From an uncultured Verrucomicrobiae bacterium (lineage in GTDB: Bacteria > Verrucomicrobiota > Verrucomicrobiia > Limisphaerales > Palsa-1400): 64,000 bases of DNA. Below, one piece after another: positions 52,984-64,000 of the stretch. The position numbers were made by a program, and so were the translations under genes. The notes below the pieces were generated by a model that was given only the letters and a program-made list of their open reading frames with translations, ran no database searches and was not told the origin of the DNA. Within the stretch, counting starts at the first letter, position 1; each line of letters opens with the position of its first letter. The stretch covers positions 224,001 to 288,000 of the forward strand of contig CAVPOM010000006.1 of the NCBI GenBank assembly GCA_963707025.1, in the 5' to 3' direction.

Positions 52984-54978
52984 TCAGGCAGTTTGCTTCT
53001 CCGGTTGCCTCGCGGTTTTCATCACCCCGGCGCCTTTGGCCGCCGGTCTTTTGCCGGGCAGGATCAAAAGGCCTTCGCCCAGCAGCAGGAGGAGCATGAG
53101 AAACAAAAACAAACGCCAAATTTCCCCCTGCAATTGGCCCGTGTCCACCCGCCGGTCTTGCAACATTTGCAGCGGCAGATCGCCAAACAATTTCCTGAGG
53201 TCGCCGGAGTCCACCATTTCCGGGTCGTCCTCGCCCGCGGGACGATTGACGGCCAAGAGTTGATCGCCGGATTGATAGACCCCGGCCTGGAAACGGATGT
53301 CTTTGGGCTCCTTGGAATCCACCGCCACCCACGTTTTGGCCAGATCGGCCGCGCTCAATTCGCCGCAAGCGGCGCTGGCCACCGATTGCAGGCGGCGCGA
53401 GCCGTCCTGGAGCAGGCGTTGCAGCATCGGCACCAGCACCGGGCCATCCGCCAGGCTGGACCAATCGTCGGCGGGCAGCGAGGCGCAAAAATAAAACTCG
53501 CCCCGGCCCAAACTTTGCCGCGCCAGCAGGGCCGCGCCGTCTTCAAATGCCGCCAGCACGTTTTTTTGTCCGGCAATGATCTGGCGTCGCGGAAAATCCG
53601 TTTGCCCGAGCGGCAGGCTGATGCGCTCATTGCTCCGGGCCAGCGGGCCTTCGTCCTCGTTCCAGCGCAAAACATGAAAGCCGCCCGGCGCCGGGGAAAC
53701 TTCGACCGCGCCCCAGCCCAGGGCGTCGAATTGTCCGGCGTCGGCGCGGCCGGGCGGAAAAAAGACGGCCACGCCGCCCCCGGCCACGAAGGACTGCACG
53801 CGCGCGGCGGTCTCGCCGTCGGGCAGCGCGTCCTGCCAGAGGAGAAGGGAGCAGCCATCGAGATTGGCGGCGGGAAATTCGGCGGGCGCGAGCAGCGCGG
53901 CCGGCTGGCCGGAGCGGGCCGCGGCGGCCAGTTGCAAATAACGCGCCGTGTCCGGGGAACGGCTCACCACCACTCCGCGCAGCGGCGTCTCGGCCCCGTA
54001 AACAAAATAAGCCGAGTTGTCACGCGCATTGGCATCGGCCGGCAAGGTAAAACTGCCCCAGCCGCCCGCCGGATGCGCCCCCAGATCAACCCGGCGGCGC
54101 CAGCGCAGGGACTGGCCCTCGAAGGCGGCCGGCGTTTGCGTTTGCGCCCCGTCCAGCGTCAGCGTCACCGGCAGGGAAGAGTTGGCGGGGCGGTTGCGCT
54201 CCAGATCGAGGACGAATTGCAGTTCCGATTGGTCGCCCTGGGAACGCCGCGCCACTTCCTTGAGGGAGATGGATGCGTTGGCGTCGGCGGGCTGGCTCAG
54301 GACCAGAAGGCGCACGCGCACTTTCTGGGAGAGCGACCCGAGCTGGCCGGCCAGGTCCTTCCAGCGCGGGTCCTCCGGATGCCAGTTGCTGCGCTGGGCG
54401 TCGGAAGCGATCCAGAGTTCCGCCGAGCCGGCGCGGTTTTCCATCAGCCAGTTGAAGGCGGCCCGGAGCATGGCGGGAACATCGGCGGCGGTGTCGGTCG
54501 GCCCGGTGGCGGGCAGGCGCATGAGATTGGTGGCCCGGCCGGCTTCGGCCGGGAGGAGGGTGGCGCTGTCAATAAGAACCAGATGGCTGCTTTCCTCAAA
54601 TTCCCCCGCCGCCTCCGCCAGCAGCCGGATGGCTTGCTCGCGCTTGCTGACCCCACCCGTCTTGATTTCCATGCTGGCGGAGCGGTCCAGCAGAATGACA
54701 ATCGCGTCCGGCGCGGAGGAAACCGCCCAGCCCATCCAGCCGCCCGCCAGCGGCCGGGCCAGAAAGAGGCACAGCGCGGCCACCGCGGCCATGCGGAAAA
54801 GCAGGATAAGAAGCTGGCGCAATTTGGTGTTGCTGACCGAGCTGCGCGTGGCCGCCACCAGAAAGCGCATGGCGGCCCAGGGATGGGAGCGATGGCGCAG
54901 ACGGTTGAGGAGGTGGATGATCACCGGCACCAAGAGCAGCGGCAAACCCCAGAGCAGAATGGGCTGAAGGAATTGCAT
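52984..54978 (-). CDS. BatA-domain/VWA protein
   Basis: MQFLQP.LLWGL....PVIIHLL....WAAMRFL; DRSASM. Confidence 0.88.
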   Translation of the reverse strand: MQFLQPILLWGLPLLLVPVIIHLLNRLRHRSHPWAAMRFLVAATRSSVSNTKLRQLLILLFRMAAVAALCLFLARPLAGGWMGWAVSSAPDAIVILLDRSASMEIKTGGVSKREQAIRLLAEAAGEFEESSHLVLIDSATLLPAEAGRATNLMRLPATGPTDTAADVPAMLRAAFNWLMENRAGSAELWIASDAQRSNWHPEDPRWKDLAGQLGSLSQKVRVRLLVLSQPADANASISLKEVARRSQGDQSELQFVLDLERNRPANSSLPVTLTLDGAQTQTPAAFEGQSLRWRRRVDLGAHPAGGWGSFTLPADANARDNSAYFVYGAETPLRGVVVSRSPDTARYLQLAAAARSGQPAALLAPAEFPAANLDGCSLLLWQDALPDGETAARVQSFVAGGGVAVFFPPGRADAGQFDALGWGAVEVSPAPGGFHVLRWNEDEGPLARSNERISLPLGQTDFPRRQIIAGQKNVLAAFEDGAALLARQSLGRGEFYFCASLPADDWSSLADGPVLVPMLQRLLQDGSRRLQSVASAACGELSAADLAKTWVAVDSKEPKDIRFQAGVYQSGDQLLAVNRPAGEDDPEMVDSGDLRKLFGDLPLQMLQDRRVDTGQLQGEIWRLFLFLMLLLLLGEGLLILPGKRPAAKGAGVMKTARQPEKQTA

Positions 54979-54987
54979 GCGGGGGGT

Positions 54988-55882
54988 TCAACCGCCGGCC
55001 GCCAGCCGGGCGCGCGCCACCAGAAAATCGGCCAGCGCTTTTTCATAGGGTTGGTCGGTCACCACCTGCCGGTAATCGGCCGCAAATTCATGGCAGCCCT
55101 CGCGCAGCGCGTCCAGGAACAGCCAGATTTGCCGCAGGTACTCCTCCCGCACCGCCGCCGGTTCGGTCACCAGATGGAAGGAGGTTTCCAAATCCACGAA
55201 CCGGGTGGGACGGTCAAACTTAAAATCCAGCTCCGCCCGGTCCAGCAATTGAAAGAGAGCCAGGTCGTGTTTTTGAAAGCGCAGATGCTGGAAGCAATCC
55301 AGCAGCGGGGCCAGATCGCAAAAGAAATCGGAAAAAACCACGATCAAGGCGCGGCGTTTGACCTTTTCCGCCAAGTCGTGCAGGGCGGGCAGCAGGCCGG
55401 TTTCCCCGCGCGCCGCGGATTTTTGCAGGGTATCCAGGATCAGCTTGAGGTGGGCCGGGTTGCGCCGCGCCGGGATTTCGAAGAAGGTCTTTTCCGCGGT
55501 GCAGAACAACCCCACCGCGTCGCCCTGGTGCGCGGCCAGATAGCCCAGGGCGGCGGCCATGCGCTTGGCGTAATCGAGCTTGGTCGCCCCGGCTTTTCCG
55601 AACTTCATGGAGCCGCTGCAATCCAGCACCAGATAGCAGCGCAAATTGGTTTCGGCCTCGAATTCCTTCATGAAGAAACGGTCGGTGCGGGCGAAGACCC
55701 GCCAGTCGAGGCGGCGGATGTCATCGCCGGGAACGTAGTTGCGGTATTCGGCGAACTCGACGCTGGAACCGCGGTGGGGGCTTTTGTGCAGGCCCGAGAC
55801 GGAGCCTTCCATGGCCTGGCGGGCCAGCAAGGGCAGGTGCATGAGGCGGGAAAGCACCTTGGGATCCAGCAACTGGTTGTCT

Positions 55883-55890
<8 letters not shown>
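54988..55890 (-). CDS. DUF58 domain protein
   Basis: G.H.SP.RGSSVEFAEYR.Y.PGDD.RR.DW, DCSGSM. Confidence 0.93.
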
Positions 55891-56935
<1,045 letters not shown>

Positions 56936-57028
56936 AAGTGTCTTTCAGTCAATGCCGCTGCAATTTAACAGGCGGTCGCCAAAGTTCAACGTTTAAGGTT
57001 GGAATAAGGCAGTGCTTCCGCCATCGGT

Positions 57029-57123
57029 GGTAGGGCGGGCAGTCCTCTGCCCGCCGCACGACGATCGTGCGACGTTGTTGCTTCCGCCAAAGCCCGATGG
57101 CAGGCAGCGGAATGCCCCCCTGC
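57029..57123. repeat. REP-like element
   Basis: ggtagggcgggcagtcctctgcccgcc ... ggcaggcagcggaatgcccccctgc. Confidence 0.55.
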
Positions 57124-57149
57124 GACCCACTTCTTGAGCATCCGGAGCC

Positions 57150-57252
57150 ATTTGGCCGAGTGCATCAAACCTCGCGCGTAAGGCCGGCAATGGAAGCGGG
57201 GATTGCGGACCACGATTGGAGCTTGGAAGAGATTGTGAGCCCGATAAGATAA
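57150..57252 (+). pseudogene. Transposase C-terminal relic (IS1-like DDE group)
   Basis: FGRVHQTSRVRPAMEAGIADHDWSLEEIV resembles the R.H.TL..TPAM.AG..DH.W transposase tail. Confidence 0.65.
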
Positions 57253-57410
57253 AAACCATGAAACCTGCCGGACCTATAGAATTAAGCGATGGGGCCATGC
57301 TGTTGGTCATCGTAAGAGATGGCAAGGTGATTCATTACTCCGGGAACCTCTTGTTGTCGCACGCGGAGTTCGGGGTGGCTTTCTTTGAATTCGAGGTTAC
57401 ACTTACACTG

Positions 57411-57815
57411 ATGCAAGCAGAGACCTCCGAACGAAGCTGGAGTCCCGCGAGCCAGGTCATCCTTGGCGCGGACCCGCAACTGGTTCTTTACGGGGACGCC
57501 GTGCTTTGGTTTCACAAGGTCGAACTCTTCCGGCAGCACCAGGAACAGCGCATGTATCTCCGGAGTCCAGGACCGGAGGATTTGGCGCTGCACAAGAAGC
57601 TCCTGCAACGCCTGATCGCCGATGGCGAACATTTGCTCCGGCTGATGGCACAACATGGCTTCGTGGCGAACAGCGACGCCGTGACCCCCGAAGACGTGGC
57701 GGCGACCGTGCGCAGTTTATGCGCAGATTTCCGAGGCTGGCATGAACCGATGCCGGAAGCCCGGCGCGAAGTAATCCTCCACCAAGTCTTCGATGTCCCG
57801 CAATCCGCTCATTGA
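57411..57815 (+). CDS. Hypothetical protein
   Basis: 134 aa helical ORF (frame open from 57216); overlaps next ORF. Confidence 0.6.
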   Translation: MQAETSERSWSPASQVILGADPQLVLYGDAVLWFHKVELFRQHQEQRMYLRSPGPEDLALHKKLLQRLIADGEHLLRLMAQHGFVANSDAVTPEDVAATVRSLCADFRGWHEPMPEARREVILHQVFDVPQSAH

Positions 57816-58031
57816 AGCCATCCACGAGGCCCGCTACGATCTTGAAACTTGCGCCCGTCAGGAGCGTGCCGCCCGCCAGAAGAAACTCGAAGACCTGCTC
57901 CCCAGGCGCTGGAACGCTCCGGCTCGAAAACCAAACCCGACGAACTTCTGGACGCCCTTTTCGACGATTACCGTGAGTTTCGCCGTGGCAAGCGTCGCGA
58001 AGAATGGCCTCGGTTGCGCCCGGGTAAGTGA
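57793..58031 (+). CDS. Small hypothetical protein; probable frameshift near 57900
   Basis: MSRNPLIEAIHEARYDLE.. joins ..DELLDALFDDYREFRR in a shifted frame. Confidence 0.55.
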
Positions 58032-58064
58032 GGGGCACAAGCGTTTCTTTCGTGCTCCCTTGGA

Positions 58065-58766
58065 TTAGTGAGTGGCAAAGGCGGTGAAATCCGCGTTCGG
58101 CGGGGCGCGGAAGACCTTCTCGGCGCCGCGCCAGTTCAGGCCAATGGATTCGGCGTGCAAGGCCTGGTTGGGCAAAATCAACTCCTCCCTCTGCCGCGCC
58201 GTCAGCCGGTTCTGCACCAGCGCCAGATACAAATCCTCGCTTCCGCCATAGAGTTTGTCGCCCACGATGGGATGGCCGATGGCGGCCAAATGAATCCGGA
58301 TTTGATGCTTGCGCCCGGTGCGCGGCCGCAGGCGCAGCCGGGAAAAATCCCGCCCGCCGCGCCGGAAACGGCGCTCGACAAAAAACTCCGTCCGCGCCGC
58401 CGCCCCATCGGGGCGCGCGCAATCCTTGATGGCAATCTGGCTTTTTTCATCCTTGCCCAGGGCCAGGTCAATGGCCCCGGAATCCTCCCGCACCGCGCCG
58501 TGGACGATGGCCAGATACTCCTTCCGCACCCCGCCGCTTTCCCACAACTTGCCCAATTCCCCGGCGGCGGCGGAGTTCTTGGCCACGACGGTCACGCCGC
58601 TGGTTTCCCGATCCAGGCGGTTGACCAAGTGGCCTGCCGCGCCCAAATAGAGGCGGACGCGGCCGATCAAGCTGGAAAGCTCGCCACCTTTGGTGGGATG
58701 GCAGACCAAGCCGGCTGGTTTATTCACGACCAGCAGGGCGGCGTCTTCGTAGATAATGTCGAGCAT
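58065..58766 (-). CDS. RluA-family RNA pseudouridine synthase
   Basis: NKPAGL, NRLDRETSG, TGRKHQIRIH, GD.LYG, QALHA. Confidence 0.93.
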   Translation of the reverse strand: MLDIIYEDAALLVVNKPAGLVCHPTKGGELSSLIGRVRLYLGAAGHLVNRLDRETSGVTVVAKNSAAAGELGKLWESGGVRKEYLAIVHGAVREDSGAIDLALGKDEKSQIAIKDCARPDGAAARTEFFVERRFRRGGRDFSRLRLRPRTGRKHQIRIHLAAIGHPIVGDKLYGGSEDLYLALVQNRLTARQREELILPNQALHAESIGLNWRGAEKVFRAPPNADFTAFATH

Positions 58767-58803
58767 CTATAGATAATTGCGGATTGCGGATTGCAGCGGG
58801 GCC

Positions 58804-60174
58804 TCACGGCAGTTGGGCGCGGTAGAAGCGGAGAGGAGGGGGGGCCAACTGCGGGTCGGTGAAAAGGAGCCGGCCGGGGCCAAAGGTGCTGCTCCAAATC
58901 GGGAGCCAGGCCACCAAATTGGAGGAAGCCTCGACGACCACCAACTGCCCGGTCGGGCCGGTGAGGACGAACTCAAACTGGCCCTGGTTGAGGCCAAAGG
59001 GCAACGCGGAGCTGAGGATGGTGGGCGGCACGAATCCGATGCGGATGGTGTTATTGGCCGTGTCGGCCACAAAGACGCTGCCCTTCCCGTCCACCGCCAA
59101 ACCGAAAGGAGAACAGAACAGAGCGTTGGTGCCCAAGCCATTGTTGGAGCCGTTGTTCTGGGGCTGGCCGCCGATCGTGCTGGTCACCCAGTTGGTGCCA
59201 ACGGGTGTCAGTTTGCGGATGGTGTCGTTTTCTTCGTCGGCCACATAAATATTGCCATTGGTGTCCACGGCCAGGCTTGTGGGATAGTAAAATTGAGCCG
59301 TGCTGGCGCCATCAGCGGAGCCGTGCTTGCCCGGCCCCAGCCCGGCGATGGTGGTGACAATCCAGTTCGTGCCGGAGGGCGTCATCTTGCGAATCTCGTT
59401 GTTGAACTGGTCGGCCACAAAGAGATTGCCGTTGCTGTCCATGGCCAGGCCCGAGGGAGCGTTGAATTGGGCGGCCGTATTGGTGCCATCCGCCACCCCG
59501 GAGTTGTGCAGCCCCTGCCCGGCGATGGTGGTCACGACCCAATTGGTCGTCCCCGGCACCGGCCTGATTTTGCGAATGGCGTTGTTGTACTGATCGGCCA
59601 CAAAAACATTGCTGTGGGCATCCACCGCGACTCCCGCCGGCTGGTCGAAGAGGGCGGCTGAGTTGGTGCCATCGGCAAAACCAGTGCCATTAGCGCCCGG
59701 CCCCTGCCCGGCGATGGTGGTCACCACCCAGTTGGTCGTGCCGGTTATCGGGGTGACTTTGCGGATGGCGTTGTTCAACTGGTCGGCCACAAAGAGATTG
59801 CCGGAAGGGTCCACCGCTATCCCGGTGGGCCAATTAAAAAGGGCCTGTGCATTGGTGCCGTTTTGCACGCGGTTCTGATTGACCGGGTTGGCCGAACCGG
59901 CGATGGTGCTGACGACCCAATTGGTGCCGACCGCGGTGATTTTGCGGAGGGTGCAGCTTATTTGATCCGCCACGTAAAGATTGCCCTGGCCGTCCACGGC
60001 GACGCCGGCAGGGCCGTGGAACTGGGCGCTGGCATTGCTGCCATCCGTCCAGCCGCCGTAGAGGATGCTGGGATTGCCGGCAACGCTGCGGTAGGCATAG
60101 CTCTGCGCATACCCGTTGGCGGCGATGATCCACATCGCCAGCAGGCCTCCGGCCAACTGAATTTTGGTTTTCAT
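58804..60174 (-). CDS. Secreted NHL-repeat protein
   Basis: Repeats F..P.G.AVD..GN.FVAD..N..IRK..TNWVV.TIAG; C-terminal VEASSNLVAW..FYRA module. Confidence 0.9.
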   Translation of the reverse strand: MKTKIQLAGGLLAMWIIAANGYAQSYAYRSVAGNPSILYGGWTDGSNASAQFHGPAGVAVDGQGNLYVADQISCTLRKITAVGTNWVVSTIAGSANPVNQNRVQNGTNAQALFNWPTGIAVDPSGNLFVADQLNNAIRKVTPITGTTNWVVTTIAGQGPGANGTGFADGTNSAALFDQPAGVAVDAHSNVFVADQYNNAIRKIRPVPGTTNWVVTTIAGQGLHNSGVADGTNTAAQFNAPSGLAMDSNGNLFVADQFNNEIRKMTPSGTNWIVTTIAGLGPGKHGSADGASTAQFYYPTSLAVDTNGNIYVADEENDTIRKLTPVGTNWVTSTIGGQPQNNGSNNGLGTNALFCSPFGLAVDGKGSVFVADTANNTIRIGFVPPTILSSALPFGLNQGQFEFVLTGPTGQLVVVEASSNLVAWLPIWSSTFGPGRLLFTDPQLAPPPLRFYRAQLP

Positions 60175-60336
60175 CAAGGCTGCCCGGCTCGGCACTGTGT
60201 ATAGCAAAATCTCTGCGCAATGCGCAATGGAATTCTCAGCCTAAATTCACCAGTGGCCAGGCGGCAGAAAATATCCGCGTCAGGCTGCGGTCCATGCTCC
60301 AATCTGACGCTGAGCAGTTCCGCAGGAAAGATCACC

Positions 60337-61694
60337 TCAGTCCCCGATGACAAACACCTGCTGCACGGTGATGCTCTTGGTGAAGCCGGGCTTGAAGGCC
60401 TTGGCCCGCAGAATGGTGGGTCCGCTCAACTGGATCGGCTTCTCATAAAGCGGGTCCGCGCTGGTGGGCAGGCTCCCGTCCAGCGTGTAGCGGATGCTCG
60501 CCCCCGGTTCGGCTTCCTTCAGGGTCACTTCCATCGGACGGTCGTAACGGCCTTGCGGCGGCGAAATCTCCGGCGGCGCCACCACGGGCGGGCCGGGCAT
60601 GCTTTCGATCCATTGCCGCAACAGCCGCATCCCCTGCTCATCCACCCGGTTGTGCGCCAGTTGCGGCATTTTGATGGCTTCCAGCGAGCTGGCCCGCATG
60701 TAGATGAGCGAGCGCCAGATGTCGTTGGGCGCAATGGCCCGCGCGCCGTCAATGCCTTCGTCAATTAGAATTTGTCCGGCGATCAGGTTCTGTTGCGGCA
60801 GGGGCGTGTCATAGCGCGCGTCAAAATACGCCACCGTCCCGCCGGGCCGGTGGCAGTGGGCGCAGTTGGCGTCCAGGTAGGACCTGGCCCGGTCCTCCAA
60901 ACTGCGGCCGGCGTCCTCCGCGCCCGCCAGCCTGGGGTAGCCGGCCACCCGGTCCTCCTCCAGCGCCGGGTCAAACAGTCCCAGGTGGTTCCAGGCCCGC
61001 AATTGATTGTCGGCCCGCCCCGATGGATAATCAAAATCGCGGTTCATCTGGCGGGTTTTCACGCCCAGGACCAGGCCGGCCCGGCCGTGTGGCACACCAG
61101 GCAATCCTGCCGGCTGGGATAGTACCACATCTGCGTCCGGCTTCCCGCCGCCGTTTTGATCACAATCGCCTCGGTCAAATTGCTGGCCAGCAGGTCGGCG
61201 TCGCTGTTGTCCGCCCGCCATTTGTAGGTGGCCCCATAGACTCCGCCGCCGGCGTCGCACACCAAAAACCGCGTTTCCAGACGGCGTGTCACGGTGGGGC
61301 GCGTTTCGTCGGTCGCCAGTTCGAAGTGCTTGACAAACACCGTCCCCTTGGGAAAACTCCATTCCCCGGCGGGCCGGAATCCGATCTTTCCCGCCGGCTG
61401 GCCGTCCTGCTTGGGCGGGGCCATCCAGCGCCATTTGGCCGCCCCATCCGACCAGAACGGGACATTGAGGTCGTAAGGGATCAGGCCGTCGCCGGGCGCC
61501 AGTCGGGCCGTGTCCTTGAAAGCGCCGGTCTGGGAGAGCAGCAGGGGCAGCGCTCCATTTGCCCGCTCCGGCATATGCAGGCCGGCCGGAGCGCACGGTC
61601 CCGCCTCCAGCCCGTACGGTTTGGCTCCCTCCCCGCCTGCGCCGAAGCAGGACACGACCGCGCCGGACAAAAGACACACCATCGCAAATCTCAT
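60337..61694 (-). CDS. Di-heme c-type cytochrome-like protein with Fn3/chitobiase-type C-terminal domain; frameshift near 61080
   Basis: LSQTG.F, P.WSDGA.K.RW, FP.GTV.VKHF, CLVCH, ARSYLDANCAHCH, IRYTLDGS.PT. Confidence 0.8.
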
Positions 61695-61712
61695 ACCACC
61701 GGATTCTTACCT

Positions 61713-62486
61713 TCAAAATGGAGTCCGCGCATCAAGAAAAAATTGAGTGTGCCCGTCCAGAAAAAGGCGGTTGCGGCCGCCGGGATGGATGGTATAACCC
61801 AGCAGCGGCGGATTAACCGTCGGAGCCGTTTTCGGAAAATATGGGTCCACCATCAACTCCACGTCCGCCGGGCCGTTGATCACGCCCAGCAGCGGGTCGT
61901 TGGCCGCGATCAGGTCCATCACCCCCTGCACCTCCGATTTCGTCCAAAAATCTTCCAGCATCACGTTGGTGTCCGCCAAATCGTTGGTCCGGTCGAAGCG
62001 CCACCCCCAATAGCGCGTCATCGGCACGGTGGGGTCCAGGGAGACGGCTTGCACCGATTGCACCGCCGTTCCCGCCGGCGAATCCAGGGCCGCGGGACAG
62101 GACCAAATAGGAAGGGTGGCCCCTTCATCCAGCAGCACGATGGCCGCCCATCCTGTGCGCGGATCGGAAGGGGGCCAGCTTGTCCACGGGCGGAAACCGC
62201 CGGGCAGGCTCGCTTTCAATTCGCGCTCATCCGGAAATCGGTCGCCGTAATCGCCCAGATACAGGGCGAAGGCCGTCCCAATCTGCTTCAGGTTGGATAC
62301 GCAGCCCGACTTCTGCCCCGCCTGCTTGGCGCGCGCCAGCGCCGGCAACAGCAGGCCGGCCAGGATCGCGATGATGGCAATCACCACCAACAACTCAATC
62401 AAGGTAAACGCACCCGCCCGCGCCGGTCCAGGACCGCCGCAAATCTTCCCTCCGCCGCGCGGCTTCTGCTCGGCATTATTTCTCAT
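61713..62486 (-). CDS. Prepilin-type N-terminal cleavage/methylation protein with H-X9-DG motif
   Basis: [46 protein letters not shown]. Confidence 0.92.
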   Translation of the reverse strand: MRNNAEQKPRGGGKICGGPGPARAGAFTLIELLVVIAIIAILAGLLLPALARAKQAGQKSGCVSNLKQIGTAFALYLGDYGDRFPDERELKASLPGGFRPWTSWPPSDPRTGWAAIVLLDEGATLPIWSCPAALDSPAGTAVQSVQAVSLDPTVPMTRYWGWRFDRTNDLADTNVMLEDFWTKSEVQGVMDLIAANDPLLGVINGPADVELMVDPYFPKTAPTVNPPLLGYTIHPGGRNRLFLDGHTQFFLDARTPF

Positions 62487-62729
62487 GGCGCAACCACCCG
62501 GTAAAAACGCGACGGTGCATTCTTCGCGCGGGGGTCAACCGCGCTGGACGGCACGGCGGCCGGCGCGTGGGCGCTCCACGAAATCCATTTCACCAAATTT
62601 GGCATCTGCACAGACAGCTTGGGCCTCAGAACTGCTTCTCAGTTCCTCTAATTTCTCACATTTGCTGCTTAAATGCAAGCCGGCAGCCCCCGAGGATCCT
62701 GGATTGACCGCCTTCCTGGAGAAGGCCGG

Positions 62730-63134
62730 CTAGCCGCGGCGCCGTTGGTAAAGAAACAACAGCAGGACCACCGCCGCCGACATGAAGCCAATCGCTCCTC
62801 CCAGGGAAACGGCGGAAACGTAATCCTGGTCTGTCGCCCCGGTCATGACCAAATAGGTGATCTCATCCAACACCATGGCGCTGCCGATGCCCAGGGCCGC
62901 GGGAGCCAGGCGCGCCGCCAGCCGCCGGCGCGGACCAAAGGCCAGAATAAAGGCTGCCGGAATTACCAGAAGGATTCCGATAAACAAGTGATGCACCAAA
63001 TAACCGCCGGGATAAACATGCTGGACGCGCACCAAGTGGAGATAGAGCCGCTGGCACAGAAAAGTCGCCAGCATGGGCAGCAAAATCAGCCGGAGCGTTT
63101 GTTTCGGGGACAACGGATGTGGGTTTTGTTCCAT
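62730..63134 (-). CDS. Small membrane protein
   Basis: Four hydrophobic segments, VHHLFIG and G.G..MVLDE motifs. Confidence 0.75.
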   Translation of the reverse strand: MEQNPHPLSPKQTLRLILLPMLATFLCQRLYLHLVRVQHVYPGGYLVHHLFIGILLVIPAAFILAFGPRRRLAARLAPAALGIGSAMVLDEITYLVMTGATDQDYVSAVSLGGAIGFMSAAVVLLLFLYQRRRG

Positions 63135-63305
63135 AAAATGCGGAGCAGGCTCGTCAAGGAACCGGCCGTGTCGAAGTTTAATCGTTGGCCAAGCCAGTTC
63201 AAGATCATCCTCGTTTCCGGCGGCCAGGGAACGCCCCGAAACCCCAGCCGCCCGCTTGCCAAAATAGTTTCTTTTCCACTCCTGATCCTGTAGTCATTGT
63301 CCGGC

Positions 63306-64000
63306 ATGAAAACAGTTGCTCCGCCCCTGCTCCATGGCGCGCTCCTTTGCGCCCTATTTTTCCTCCACCCTGTTGCCGCTTCGGCCCAGCCGTCGGCCGA
63401 CTACCAGGTTTTTGTCTCCAATGAAAAATCGGGCGACCTCACGGTCATCAACGGCGCCGATTTCAAAGTGACGGCCACCATCCCCGTCGGCAAACGCCCG
63501 CGTGGCATTCACGCCAGTCCGGACGGCAAGACGGTTTATGTCGCTCTGAGCGGCACCCCCATCTCCGCGCCGCCCCAACTGGATGCCCGGGGCAACCCCG
63601 TTTTTCAAAAAAGCGGCGACGACGACGATGACAACGCCAAGGCGGACAAGGCCGCCGACGGCATCGGGGTGGTGGATGTCGCCCAAAAAAAATTCCTGCG
63701 CAAAATCCCCGCCGGCTCGGACCCCGAAAACTTCGCCCTGAGCGCGGACGGCACGCGCCTCTACATTTCCAACGAAGACGCCGGCGCCGCCAGCATCCTC
63801 AACATCGCCACCGAGAAGGTCGAACACATTGTCCTGGTCAGCCGCGAGCCGGAAGGCGTGGCCGTCACCCCCGACGGCCGGGCCTTTTACGTCACTTGCG
63901 AGACGGCCGGCGACATTTTTGTAATTGACTCAAAAAGCGGCCGGGAAATCGCCCGTTTCGCCGTCCCTCCCCGCCCCCGCAGCGTGGACTTTCTGCCCGA
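63306..64000 (+). CDS. YVTN-type beta-propeller protein; 3' partial
   Basis: Signal peptide; FVSNEKSGDLTVI, IPVGKRPRG, GSDPENFALS, EPEGVAVTPDG; frame open to window end. Confidence 0.88.
   Translation, partial: MKTVAPPLLHGALLCALFFLHPVAASAQPSADYQVFVSNEKSGDLTVINGADFKVTATIPVGKRPRGIHASPDGKTVYVALSGTPISAPPQLDARGNPVFQKSGDDDDDNAKADKAADGIGVVDVAQKKFLRKIPAGSDPENFALSADGTRLYISNEDAGAASILNIATEKVEHIVLVSREPEGVAVTPDGRAFYVTCETAGDIFVIDSKSGREIARFAVPPRPRSVDFLP

Overview
GC-rich bacterial chromosomal window, most likely Verrucomicrobiota subdivision 3 (inferred from prepilin-type H-X9-DG proteins, an NHL protein with a VEASSNL-type C-terminal module and the REP repertoire). The backbone carries a maltokinase-like gene, mutS, pectin/uronate catabolism genes (kduD, kduI, two GH105/GH88-type hydrolases, ogl, GH42), a 12-kb six-gene two-component cluster, a disrupted SWIM-SNF2 helicase, dciA-like, rnr, an M50 protease, a MoxR-DUF58-BatA-VWA operon and rluA. 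Two accessory islands stand out. Island 1 (3.64-7.74 kb) has two toxin-antitoxin modules, three copies of a gene-end relic, an orphan integron-type cassette and an IS630. Island 2 (38.2-44.1 kb) is an integron with five cassettes and an attI, whose integrase is truncated at a MITE/REP-like element that hosts a two-gene IS4 element. The most striking observation is a 30-33-nt hairpin micro-element that inserts without target duplication (two filled/empty comparisons within the window), nests inside itself four deep with covarying stems, and has entered an attC site. About 13 frameshifts suggest indel-prone long-read assembly, so pseudogene calls are tentative. All family assignments are from motif recognition by eye, not database searches.
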